Shown here: positions 11,430 through 22,944 of the stretch, one piece after another
Numbering within the stretch: position 1 is the stretch's first letter
Layout: every line of letters starts with the position of its first letter
The notes under the pieces: model-generated
The model's database searches: none
Told to the model about the DNA's origin: nothing
Seen by the model: only the letters and a program-made list of their open reading frames with translations
Made by a program: the position numbers and the translations under genes
Assembly (NCBI GenBank): GCA_002269645.1
Contig: NIVC01000445.1
Span: 372,001 to 436,000 of the forward strand
Reading direction: 5' to 3'
Length of the DNA stretch: 64,000 bases
Source: Macrostomum lignano
Lineage: Eukaryota

Positions 11430-13079
11430 TTTTATATTAAAGCTTTAAATCACTTCCACTTAAGGTTGATAAAATTTATACTTCCATAAAAATCGCTTTT
11501 GGCTCAATATAATTTATTTTATTTCTTTGTAGCTGATTAAAGCACACCAGGCTCAGGTAATTATTTCGTGTATTGCACGATTGTACTTGTCTGAAAAAAA
11601 TACACCTAAAAAAGTAATCCGAAAATCGTAGCTAGATGTCAACCTCTAATGTCAACAATAAAGAGAGTTAAGTGTAATTATTCTTTTTAAGCCATAACAC
11701 AGATAAAATATATGAATATGCTGCGAAAAAAACCAATTGAGATTGATCATTATCTGACGAGCAATATATTTGTTTTAATTACTCCCTCAGAAAAAACTCG
11801 AAGTCCCCGAGAGCAATTTCGCTTTCAAAATTGTCCCAGATTTTATATACACTGCCCTTCAATTCAATTTCCGTAGGGGCCTTAATTGAGATTTTAAAAG
11901 CAGAAAATTGTAACGCTCCTGAATACTGAATAACATTTTCCTGAATAACAGGAAATTGAAAGAAGAATAGAAACACGTGGGATGTTAGTTTGCTGCTTAT
12001 TTGAAATGGCTGGGATTATTCCTTTTGCGGCCTAGTTGGTACTGCAAGCTTTCAATTTAATCATAGACAAGGAAATCAGGCTTGAGAGACTGAAAATTTT
12101 CTGTCTATGGACGGCACTCGTTGGCATACGAGCTAAGGGAGTTCAATTTAATCCTGGGGGAATCCAAATTTTGATTATTCTATGTATTCGATGTACATTT
12201 TTACTAATCATCTTAACTGGTTATAACATCTGGACACGTCGGACTCAAGGTCGCAGCTTAAGGGGCAAGAAGGCTAGACGTAAATTTCACACGCAACATG
12301 GAGTGCAGGTGAATGTCGTGCAAGCAATTACGAGCGTACACCTAAGCTCGGCCTTGTAGCTCGTACATCATATATAAATCCTCGGAGAGACTATGACGGC
12401 AGCCAGGTTCCAGCGTTCATCAATGATCTGGTGCAAAGCGTGACGAGTCGTGGTGATGTACATGTACAGGTGAACCAGGTGTGGCAGCCATCTGCAGTAC
12501 AATTACAAGTCGCTGCAATTGTGCGCAAGCAAAGGCTGCGAGGGGTCGCAACTCCCAGTACACTGTGTACATCCATCCCAGGCTCCAGCTCAGAGCTGCT
12601 ACTATACCCTACCAGTGTACAGGTATGGGTTGAGCTCAGCTTAATCTGCTTTGAGAGAGGATGTGACACAATCATACCGCAATCATATTCAGCTGCGTAC
12701 TAACCGCGTCCAGTTCTAATTACAATAACTTGCAGCGCCGGCTGTGAATGCGCCGTTGGCTTGCGACCCCCACCCCCAAATACTTGTAGTTATTATAGTA
12801 TAGCTCTGACTTCAGATTCTGCGACGGACCAATAAAATCTCCGGACCAGGAAATTATTATAAAGAGACGATGGGCAGGCATACAGGTATAGCAGGAGGTG
12901 GCTTCATCTCTCACAACCGAGACGGAACTTCTACAGGTTTCAACTGCACAGAAGTCTGTAAAGTAAGAAGGAAAGCTGCTGTTTATATCGGAGGCTACTA
13001 AACTGGCAAAGAAAACACAGGCTCAACCAAACAGAAATTGCTTGGCAGCAGAAGCAGAAATAAACAAACAGACGGCAGC

Positions 13080-14273
13080 ATGTTCGAGGGCGCCTTCCTT
13101 CGCCGCGACTTTCCTTGGCACAGCAATGCCTGCGCGCCGCTCCGCCAACTGCTGGAGCTGAATAGCAGCGCCGAAGGCGGCCTGGCAGACCAGTCCTGCA
13201 ACCAGAATGACGTCCGCATGTCGGCGGTGTTCCTGCCGGTCAGCCTGCTCGGCCTGGCGCTCAGCTCGCTCAGCACGGCGCTGTTCCTGTGCCAGAAGCA
13301 GCGCACGGCATTCCGGGCCAGCCAGCTGAGCCTGTCGCTGGTGATGAGCCTCTACCTGCTGTTCTCGGCGGTGGATTTCATTAACGTACTGGCCGGCGCC
13401 TGCCTGTACTGGAGCCAGCCAAGCCGGCACGTCCAGGTGATGATCGGGGCGCTCGCCTGTCTGCTTGTGGACGCGCTGCTCTGCTTGCGCAACTGGTGCA
13501 CGGCGTTTATCGCAGCTCAACGCGCCGAAGCGGTGGCTTTCCCGTTGCGACCGAGAAAACTGCTGGACAGACGGAACTTCCGCATCAGCCTGCTGACGGC
13601 GGCGCTGGCGCTCTGTCTGCCGCTGTCGCTGGTCCGCTCTCTGGCCGAGGCGATGGTCGTCTGCTACGGAGGCGAGGCCGTGGCCCTAGCGAGCGTTGGC
13701 TACCCGCTGCCGGCTTCAGCGAAGCGGGATCCCAGCCACCAGCGCCACTACAACTACCTGCTGCAGTCCCGCTGGTTCGAACCATTCGAAGTTTACGTGT
13801 TCTTCTCTGTGCAGACTGTGCTGCCCGTGATTGGCGTTGTCTGCATGTCGCTGTCGATGGCCGTCGCCATGCTGCGCCGGCGGGGAGGTCAAGCGGGGAC
13901 GCCGGCGCTGCAGCCGCAGGTGTGCAAGAGGAACAAGGCCCGTGCCAGTCGCACCGTGCTGAGCCTGGCGATGATCTTCACTCTGCTGCAGGCGCCCGTC
14001 TTTGTCGGCACCCTGCTCCGGCACGCCGGCGCTTTCGATGTCGAATCGACATTCGGCAAACATTTCCAGTTCATTGCTGAGCTGTGCTTGCTGTTGGACT
14101 CCATTTTCAATACGTTCGTCTACGCCTACTTTGTGCCGGATTTTCGACGCTTCTTTCGTCGGCTGCTGCGTCGAGACGGCGAGAGGCGAGGGCTGCCTAT
14201 GCTGCCGCCGATGCCGACGCCTCCGTCGCCGACGCGAATGCGTCATCTGATAGGCGAGGGGCGAGTGATATAA
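13080..14273 (+). CDS. Intronless rhodopsin-family (class A) GPCR, peptide-receptor-like, divergent
   Basis: First true ATG at 13080 (the track start 13038 is TTG). N-terminal NSS sequon, about seven hydrophobic segments, AQRAEAVAFPL at the end of TM3, AMIFTLLQAP (TM6), LLDSIFNTFVYAYFVPDFRR (TM7/helix 8). Confidence 0.8.
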   Translation: MFEGAFLRRDFPWHSNACAPLRQLLELNSSAEGGLADQSCNQNDVRMSAVFLPVSLLGLALSSLSTALFLCQKQRTAFRASQLSLSLVMSLYLLFSAVDFINVLAGACLYWSQPSRHVQVMIGALACLLVDALLCLRNWCTAFIAAQRAEAVAFPLRPRKLLDRRNFRISLLTAALALCLPLSLVRSLAEAMVVCYGGEAVALASVGYPLPASAKRDPSHQRHYNYLLQSRWFEPFEVYVFFSVQTVLPVIGVVCMSLSMAVAMLRRRGGQAGTPALQPQVCKRNKARASRTVLSLAMIFTLLQAPVFVGTLLRHAGAFDVESTFGKHFQFIAELCLLLDSIFNTFVYAYFVPDFRRFFRRLLRRDGERRGLPMLPPMPTPPSPTRMRHLIGEGRVI

Positions 14274-14286
14274 ATGACTAGAGAAG

Positions 14287-14575
14287 TACCACGAGCAGGT
14301 ACTGTATAAGGTTGGGTATTTATTGTGTAGCAGCTATTGCGCGGCGCATCTGAAGGTTGCGTACGGCTGTTCAGTCCAAGGACTGGGGGTCCCCACACAG
14401 CCTCAATTACCCCAGCTAATGCTGGCACCCATTTTACAGCTGGGTGAACTGAATCAATGCAGAGTTAAGTGTCTTGCTCAAAAGACACAAATTGTTCCGA
14501 GTAGGTCGAGAATCGAACCCCCGACCTTTCTTTATCATGAGTCCGACACTCTAACCACCACTAGACTACAACCCC
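14287..14575 (-). mobile_element. tRNA-derived SINE with CORE-like central domain
   Basis: Minus strand starts GGGGTTG-TAGTCTAGTGG (A box)...GGTTCGATTCT (B box), followed by ttgagcaagacacttaactctgcattgattcagttcacccagctgtaaaatggg, which resembles the recalled MIR/CORE consensus ttgggcaagtcacttaacctctctg...catctgtaaaatggg. The left boundary is approximate. Confidence 0.7.
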
Positions 14576-15065
14576 TGCTGTTACAACGATAATGTACTTA
14601 CCTATGTACCTCTCAGCACAAGTTATAAAACTACTTTCTTTATTGTAATCATAGCTTTATTAGTAGTTTGTGTCGCTTTTGAGCAAAGGCTTGTTAAAAA
14701 ATATATATTAGTTTAAGCTTAAGAAGCCGCCTTGCAATCACGAGTAGCTGTCGCACTGCTTGAATCATAATTATCTCGTACACAGCTAAGTCAGGTCTTC
14801 AGTTCAAGGTCATATTCTCTGTCGCATGCCCACTGAAACCTTACTTAATAGGTAATCTCTGATGAGATCTCAGGCTTGTCTTGGTGATTTTGTGACCTGC
14901 AATTTTTAATTTCGATAGAACGTAGCAATTGTGATAATTCTCATCATGGTAACTAACTGCTGGCGTAGCCACACTATGGCGACAATAGGAATAGGTGTGT
15001 GCCTCACCTCAAACTGTTCAGAAATATGAAGGAGTGGATCATTATTTTTCTACCCTATATGACAT

Positions 15066-16090
15066 GCTTCATTCCTATGAAGAGTCACAATGCAATAGCT
15101 TCCATTCCTATGAAGTCACAATGCAATATCTTCCATTCCTATGAAGTCACAATGCAATAGCTTCCATTCCTATGAAGTCACAATGCAATATCTTCCATTC
15201 CTATGAAGTCACAATGCAATAGCTTCCATTCCTATGAAGTCACAATGCAATAGCTTCATTCCTATGAAGAGTCACAATGCAATAGCTTCCATTCCTATGA
15301 AGAGTCACAATGCAATAGCTTCCATTCCTATGAAGAGTCACTATGCAATGGCTTCCATTCCTATGAAGAGTCACAAAGCAATAGCTTCCATTCCTATGAA
15401 GAGTCACAATGTAATAGCTTCCATTCCTATGAAGTCACAATGCAATATCTTCCATTCCTATGAAGTCATAATGCAATAGCTTCCATTCCTATAAAGTCAC
15501 AATGCAATAGCTTCCATTCCTATGAAGTCACAATGCAATATCTTCCATTCCTATGAAGAGTCACAATGCAATATCTTCCATTCCTATGAAGTCACAATGC
15601 AATAGCTTCATTCCTATGAAGAGTCACAATGCAATAGCTTCCATTCCTATGAAGAGTCACAATGCAATAACTTCCATTCCTATGAAGAGTCACAATGCAA
15701 TGGCTTCCATTCCTATGAAGAGTCACAATGCAATAGCTTCCATTCCTATGAAGTCACAATGCAATAGCTTCCATTCCTATGAAGTCACAATGCAATAGCT
15801 TCCATTCCTATGAAGTCACAATGCAATAGCTTCCATTCCTATGAAGAGTCACAATGCAATATCTTCCATTCCTATGAAGAGTCACAATGCAATAGCTTCA
15901 ATTCCTATGAAGAGTCACAATGCAATAGCTTCCATTCCTATGAAGTCACAATGCAATAGCTTCAATTCCTATGAAGAGTCACAATGCAATATCTTCCATT
16001 CCTATGAAGTCGCAATGCAATATCTTCCATTCCTATGAAGAGTCACAGGGCAATAGCTTCCATTCCTATGAAGAGTCACAGGGCAATAGC
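15066..16090. repeat. 33/31-bp minisatellite (ttccattcctatgaa[ga]gtcacaatgcaatagc)
   Basis: Direct reading; two length variants differ by a 2-bp indel. Confidence 0.95.
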
Positions 16091-16351
16091 CTAGCTTCCA
16101 ATTCCGACTACTATAACAAAACAAATAGCCCACCCAAACCCACCATGAATTGCTCATATTTAAGATTGTCTGTAATAACGTTGGAATTACAAAATAATGT
16201 CCCTTATTAACATTCAAGTTTCCCAAAAGAAAGAGAGATCATACAGTATAGAAGCTTTAGCTGAAGTTTGCTCAGAGAAATTGACCAGAAATCCGAGAAC
16301 AAAGAGAGTCTACGATAAACTACCAATAGACAGCCATGGACAACTAACAGA

Positions 16352-18741
16352 CAGGGGCGTCGCCATGGATTTCTGGCGGGGGGACAAGGCCAAGAAGTCT
16401 ACATGACTAAATTCCAACATTTTTTGGGAATCAATGTTGCTAGCACTCATTTTGGCGCCACAGGCAGGCACTCATTTTGGCGCCGCAGGCAGGCACTTAT
16501 TTGGCGCCGCAGGCAGGCACTCATTTTGGCGCCACAGGCAGGCACTCATTTTGGCGCCACAGGCAGGCTTTCATTTTGGCGCCACAGGCAGGAACTCATT
16601 TTGGCGCCGCAGGCAGGCTTTCATTTTAGCGCCGCAGGCAGGCACTCATTTTGGCGCCGCAGGCAGGAACTCATTTTGGCGCCGCAGGCAGGCACTCATT
16701 TTGGCGCCGCAGGCAGGCTTTCATTTTGGCGCCGCAGGCAGGCACTCATTTTGGCGCCGCAGGCAGGCACTCATTTTGGCGCCGCAGGCAGGCACTCATT
16801 TTGGCGCCGCAGGCAGGCTTTCATTTTGGCGCCGCAGGCAGGCACTCATTTTGGCGCCACAGGCAGGCTTTCATTTTAGCGCCGCAGGCAGGCACTCATT
16901 TTGGCGCCGCAGGCAGGAACTCATTTTGGCGCCGCAGGCAGGCACTCATTTTGGCGCCGCAGGCAGGCACTCATTTTGGCGCCGCAGGCAGGCACTCATT
17001 TTGGCGCCGCAGGCAGGCACTCATTTTGGCGCCGCAGGCAGGCTTTCATTTTGGCGCCGCAGGCAGGCACTCATTTTGGCGCCACAGGCAGGCTTTCATT
17101 TTAGCGCCGCAGGCAGGCACTCATTTTGGCGCCACAGGCAGGCACTCATTTTGGCGCCGCAGGCAGGCACTCATTTTGGCGCCGCAGGCAGGCTTTCATT
17201 TTGGCGCCGCAGGCAGGCACTCATTTTGGCGCCGCAGGCAGGCTTTCATTTTGGCGCCGCAGGCAGGCACTCATTTTGGCGCCGCAGGCAGGCTTTCATT
17301 TTAGCGCCGCAGGCAGGCACTCATTTTGGCGCCACAGGCAGGCACTCATTTTGGCGCCGCAGGCAGGCACTCATTTTGGCGCCGCAGGCAGGCTTTCATT
17401 TTGGCGCCGCAGGCAGGCTTTCATTTTGGCGCCGCAGGCAGGCACTCATTTTGGCGCCGCAGGCAGGCTTTCATTTTGGCGCCGCAGGCAGGCACTCATT
17501 TTGGCGCCGCAGGCAGGCACTCATTTTGGCGCCGCAGGCAGGCACTCATTTTGGCGCCGCAGGCAGGAACTCATTTTGGCGCCGCAGGCAGGCACTCATT
17601 TTGGCGCCGCAGGCAGGCACTCATTTTGGCGCCACAGGCAGGCTTTCATTTTAGCGCCGCAGGCAGGCACTCATTTTGGCGCCACAGGCAGGCACTCATT
17701 TTGGCGCCGCAGGCAGGCACTCATTTTGGCGCCGCAGGCAGGCTTTCATTTTGGCGCCGCAGGCAGGCACTCATTTTGGCGCCGCAGGCAGGCTTTCATT
17801 TTGGCGCCGCAGGCAGGCACTCATTTTGGCGCCGCAGGCAGGCTTTCATTTTGGCGCCGCAGGCAGGCACTCATTTTGGCGCCACAGGCAGGCTTTCATT
17901 TTAGCGCCGCAGGCAGGCACTCATTTTGGCGCCACAGGCAGGCACTCATTTTGGCGCCGCAGGCAGGCACTCATTTTGGCGCCGCAGGCAGGCTTTCATT
18001 TTGGCGCCGCAGGCAGGCACTCATTTTGGCGCCGCAGGCAGGCACTCATTTTGGCGCCGCAGGCAGGCACTCATTTTGGCGCCGCAGGCAGGCACTCATT
18101 TTGGCGCCACAGGCAGGCTTTCATTTTAGCGCCGCAGGCAGGCACTCATTTTGGCGCCACAGGCAGGCACTCATTTTGGCGCCGCAGGCAGGCACTCATT
18201 TTGGCGCCGCAGGCAGGCACTCATTTTGGCGCCGCAGGCAGGCACTCATTTTGGCGCCGCAGGCAGGCACTCATTTTGGCGCCGCAGGCAGGCACTCATT
18301 TTGGCGCCGCAGGCAGGCTTTCATTTTGGCGCCGCAGGCAGGCACTCATTTTGGCGCCGCAGGCAGGCACTCATTTTGGCGCCGCAGGCAGGCACTCATT
18401 TTGGCGCCGCAGGCAGGAACTCATTTTGGCGCCGCAGGCAGGCACTCATTTTGGCGCCGCAGGCAGGCACTCATTTTGGCGCCGCAGGCAGGAACTCATT
18501 TTGGCGCCGCAGGCAGGCACTCATTTTGGCGCCGCAGGCAGGCACTCATTTTGGCGCCGCAGGCAGGCACTCATTTTGGCGCCGCAGGCAGGCACTCGTT
18601 CTGGCGCCCTGAAACAAATTTATTGATTTCCATAACGGGTTACAAGGTTGGTCGGGGCGCGCAAAAAGGATTGGCATGTCCCCTCTATAGCTTTTACTGG
18701 GGGGTCATGTCCCCCTGTCCCCAGCAGCGGCAACGCACCTG
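16352..18741. mobile_element. MITE-like non-autonomous element with imperfect TIRs enclosing ~87 copies of a 25-bp unit (tcattttggcgccgcaggcaggcac)
   Basis: Left end caggggcgtcgcc (16352-16364) and right end ggcaacgcacctg (18729-18741) match as inverted repeats at 11/13. A homologous shorter copy lies at 20755-21202. No target-site duplication visible. Confidence 0.65.
16443..18610. repeat. 25-bp minisatellite array inside the MITE-like element
   Basis: Direct reading; variants ggcac/ggctt/ggaac and ttgg/ttag. Confidence 0.97.
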
Positions 18742-18878
18742 ACTATAAAGATATGCTCGTAGATGACTGGATTGTGGGGTTGGGACGGAACTGCATACAC
18801 TGTGTAGTTACAGCGCCAGAGCAGGTGCAAAACTATTTTATGAAGCGCCAAACTCAGATATGGAGGCACCATACTGAA

Positions 18879-19212
18879 ATAACGATTCGCCTAATTGAGA
18901 TAACGATTCGCCTAACTGAGAGAACGATTCCCTAATTGAGATAATAATTCGCCTAAATGAGATAACAATTCGCCTAAATGAGATAACAATTCGCCTAAAT
19001 GAGATAATAATTTGCCTAATTGAGATAACAATTCGCCTAATTGAGATAACGATTCGCCTAAGTGAGAGAACGATTCCCTAATTGAGATAATAATTCGCCT
19101 AAATGAGATAATAATTCGCCTAATTGAGATAACAATTTGCCCAATTGAGAAAACAATTCGCCTAATTGAGATAACAATTCGCCTAATTGAGATAATAATT
19201 CGCCTAATGAAG
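18879..19212. repeat. 21-bp minisatellite (ataacaattcgcctaattgag)
   Basis: Direct reading; caaactcagata occurs on both sides (~18849 and ~19225). Confidence 0.9.
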
Positions 19213-19332
19213 ATAAGGGGGCATCAAACTCAGATAAGAGAGAGTGCAGCATTTTAATAATGAACCTGCCTAAATAACTTACATTATGACTTTTCACCTG
19301 TGACAGATCACAGAGACAGCCGGTCTATTTTT

Positions 19333-19368
<36 letters not shown>

Positions 19369-19824
19369 GGCTTGCAAAACGCATTTAAGAAGACCCTGAA
19401 GATAACAGACTCGGTGGGAAGAGAACAAATAAAAGTACAAGAAAATCGATTTCGCGGCAACCCAAAGATGAAGCTGATGCACAGGCAGGTGTCACTGCAT
19501 TCGCTGCATTCTGACAGGGGATCTACAGAAGGGATTTGTTCGCCTCCAAACTTCTCACTCCAAACTTCTCAGCAATCCCGTATCCGTATAGAAACAGATC
19601 GAGCACTTCGTGTGACACTTGGCGTGAATGTAATTACAAGCGCATTTTCAGTAGATATTTGACTACTGGCTGTGCGTGTAAATCTTGTTGCATGAGAAAT
19701 TATTTCAGAAATACGAGCTGACATCAGCGAAGTTGTGATGCGCTATGCTCTGGAGATCTCCGGCTGTTCGAATGCAACTGCTGGAATTGGAGATTGGAGA
19801 GAGTAGTGCGACAAGCCTCCGATC

Positions 19825-20064
19825 GTGTCTACTTCTCCAGTGTCTACTTCTCCTCTCAGTCTTAGTGTCTACTTCTCCTCTCAGTCTCAGTGTCTACTTC
19901 TCCAGTGTCTACTTCTCTCAGTCTCAGTGTCTACTTCTCTAGTGTCTACTTCTCCTCTCAGTCTCAGTGTCTAGTTCTCTAGTGTCTACTTCTCCTCTCA
20001 GTCTCAGTGTCTACTTCTTCTATCAGTCTACTTCTCCTCTTAGTCTCAGTGTCTACTTCTCCTC
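19825..20064 (+). repeat. ~25-bp minisatellite (ctcagtctcagtgtctacttctcct), followed by a ~14-bp GA-rich array (gagagtagattgga) at 20095-20330
   Basis: Direct reading; reverse complement of the array at 21846-22516. Confidence 0.9.
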
Positions 20065-20754
20065 TAGAGAGAAGTACTCTCTACAGTGAGTAGACTGTAG
20101 AGAGTAGATTAGAGAGAGTAAATTGGAGAGAGGAGAGAGGAGAATGTAGATTGGAGAGAGTAGATTGGAGAGAGTAGATTGGAGAGAGTAGATTGGAGAG
20201 AGGAGAGAGGAGAATGTAAATTGGAGAGAGTAGATTGGAGAGAGGAGAGAGGAGAATGTAGATTGGAGAAAGTAGATCGGATAGAGTAGAGAGGGCAGAG
20301 GTGAGATGATAGAGGAGAGAGGAAAATGAGAAAGAATGACTGATAGTAGAGAGAAGGGAACGCATGCAGTGCCGGGTGCATAAACCATGAACAGGTTAAC
20401 CGCTTCATAACACCCAAGCAGAGCACATTCCTTTAAGTACAAAAAAATTCCATACCGCATACAGTGGCATGCATGCACAATCCCTAGTAGCATGTTATAA
20501 AACGAAATCTCTTTAATGCCAGCAAAAGTTCCGGGAAATTCTGCAATTCTGTAGCGTATTCACTAGATTATGCACACGCAGGTATCTTATATACTAATAT
20601 ACTACTATTTTCTTATCTGACAAGTACTATAAAAGCAATCTATATAGTCGAAATTTCTCAAATACAAGCTAAAATCACATTTATGCACTTTTTTTTCCAA
20701 TATTAATTCCATATTGAATACAAATTATACAATACCTACAATACCTAGACAGCT

Positions 20755-21202
20755 CAGGGGCGTCGCCATTTTGGCGCCGTAAGCAGACACTCATTTTTGC
20801 GCCGCAGGCAGGCACTCATTTTGGCGCATCATTTTGGCGCCGTAAGCAGACACTCATTTTGGCACCGCACGCAGGCACTCATTTTAGCGCCGCTCGCAGG
20901 CACTCATTTTGGCGCATCATTTTGGCGCCGTAAGCAGACACTCATTTTGGCACCGCACGCAGGCACTCATTTTAGCGCCGCTCGCAGGCACTCATTTTGG
21001 CGCCGTAAGCAGGCACTCATTTTGGCGCCGTAAGCAGCCACTTTTCGGCGCCGCAGCCAGGCACTCACGTTGACACCGTAGGCCGCTATATTTGGCGCCT
21101 GAAGCCCTGAAGCAAAATTATTGATTTCCATAACGGGTCACAAGGTGGAGACGGGGTGCACAAAGCATTGACATGTCCCCCTGTATCGTATCGAAGCCCC
21201 TG
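20755..21202. mobile_element. Short, internally deleted second copy of the MITE-like element, with ~12 degenerate 25-bp units
   Basis: Starts caggggcgtcgccat, ends cgaagcccctg. Shares the unique segment ccctgaa(a/g)caaa(t/a)ttattgatttccataacgggt(t/c)acaaggt...catgtcccc with 18608-18720. Confidence 0.7.
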
Positions 21203-21845
21203 CCAAGACTCCTGAGCATTGGCTCTCAATGCATAAATTGCATGCAAAACCCAAGCCTAACCCCAACTCGTTCGTCAGCTGAGATTAATCTCGCAGTAAA
21301 TTATCCCAAGAGTTCGCTAGAGAAAGTGTTCGGTCGCTAGCGGCTCATCCGGTGCGGGTCTAAACCGATCTGAGCAAAGATCAGATTTAACAATAGCTAC
21401 TGGCATGTTAATCCTTCCATGATTATCTGGGCTACAGCTGTGCGTAGGCGTGAACGCGATCAAGGCTAATAGTAAATTCTGAGCTTGTGTTTGTCCCACA
21501 GTGTCAGTATCCGTTACCCCTGCATGCGGGCGGGTATTCACCCTGACTGCCTTGTTTACCAAATCGGGATCTGGTTTCAACACGCGCTGTTTTGGTGCCA
21601 TTCGAGGGGATCTAAAGGTGTTGCACTCTGCTGTTAGAGGTGTAGAATGGGGTGGGGCAGCAGTTGCCGGATGTAGACTTAGCTGGCTGGGAGAGTCACG
21701 CAGTTGGGTGGAAGCCGTTTGTGAATTTGGCACCCTGTGAAACATTCTGCTTGTGTGAACTCTTTCCGAAGAGAAAATGCTTTTCATTCTCTAAAGGGAG
21801 ATTCAGAGAAGTGGACACTGGGACAGGGAGATGTGCGGAGAGGGA

Positions 21846-22516
21846 GACTGAGAGGAGAAGTAGACGCTGAGACTAAGAGGAGAAGTAGACTGAGAGGAGA
21901 AGTAGACACTGAGACTGAGAGGAAAAGTAGACACTGAGACTGAGAGGAGAGAAGTAGACACTGAGACTGAGAGGAGAAGTAGACACTGAGACTGAGAGGA
22001 GAAGTAGACACTGAGACTCTCCTCTTAGTAGACTACTTCTCCTCTTAGTAGACACTAAGAGGAGAAGTAGATACTGAGACTAAGAGGAGAAGTAGACTGA
22101 GAGGAGAAGTAGACACTGAGACTGAGAGGAGAAGTAGACACTGAGACTGAGAGGAGAAGTAGACACTGAGACTAAGAGGAGAAGTAGATTGAGAGGAGAG
22201 AAGTAGACACTGAGACTGAGAGGAGAGAAGTAGACACTGAGACTGAGAGGAGAGAATTAGACACTGAGACTGAGAGGAGAAGTAGACACTGAGACTAATA
22301 GGAGAAGTAGATTGAGAGGAGAGAAGTAGACACTGAGACTGAGAGGAGAGAAGTAGACACTGAGACTGAGAGGAGAGAATTAGACACTGAGACTAAGAGG
22401 AGAAGTAGACACTGAGACTAATAGGAAAAGTAGACTGACAGGAGAAGTAGACACTGAGACTGAGAGGAGAGAAGTAGACACTGAGACTGAGAAAAGTAGA
22501 CACTGAGACTGAGAGA
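21846..22516 (-). repeat. ~25-bp minisatellite (aggagaagtagacactgagactgag), inverted relative to 19825-20064
   Basis: Direct reading. Confidence 0.93.
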
Positions 22517-22877
22517 CGCAGAGCTGCCCCTTCCAGGCGGCCTCCGCCCACCCCAAAGTCAACACTGTTCTTTTTCCGCTTCAAAAGTTCCAAAGTTCTC
22601 CCTGAAGCAATTAAAAAGCGAAGTCGAACCCTCAACCCCGCCTGTCTACCTGGCGAAGTCAATCAAGATGATTGGCGCATTAATAGTAGTTCTTTGCGAA
22701 ACAATGAGACAAGAGACAACAGCTAAAGAGAAGAGTATTCGATGGTAGTGAAGCCAAGGCTACTCTCGACTCTCCTCAATTTGATTGACAGCTGCCAAAC
22801 TCAAGAGGCTGCGCAGCGCCGAAGGCGGAGAAGATATATTTTTCTACCTTAATCCTTGAGTGTCGTCGCATCGAAAC

Positions 22878-22881
<4 letters not shown>

Positions 22882-22940
<59 letters not shown>
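22882..22940. repeat. (CT)n microsatellite
   Basis: Direct reading. Confidence 0.97.

Positions 22941-22944
<4 letters not shown>

Noticed and set aside
12390-12800. Possible decayed RT remnant on the minus strand (YKYLGV...RRI; LSKQIKL; LCLRTI)
   Set aside because: Motifs are short, scattered over frames and cannot be confirmed without a profile search (tblastn or HMM against RTE/CR1 RTs would decide).
14500-14575. Possible tRNA-Met gene (CAT anticodon-like loop)
   Set aside because: The anticodon stem does not pair and the sequence continues into a SINE body; treated as a SINE head.
16434-18742. Long repetitive ORFs (also 5398..6207, 23661..25199, 34555..35529, 42633..43727, 51624..53670, 55434..56551, 58292..59516)
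   Set aside because: They arise from stop-free tandem repeat units, appear in several frames or on both strands, and mostly lie in introns or gaps of real genes.
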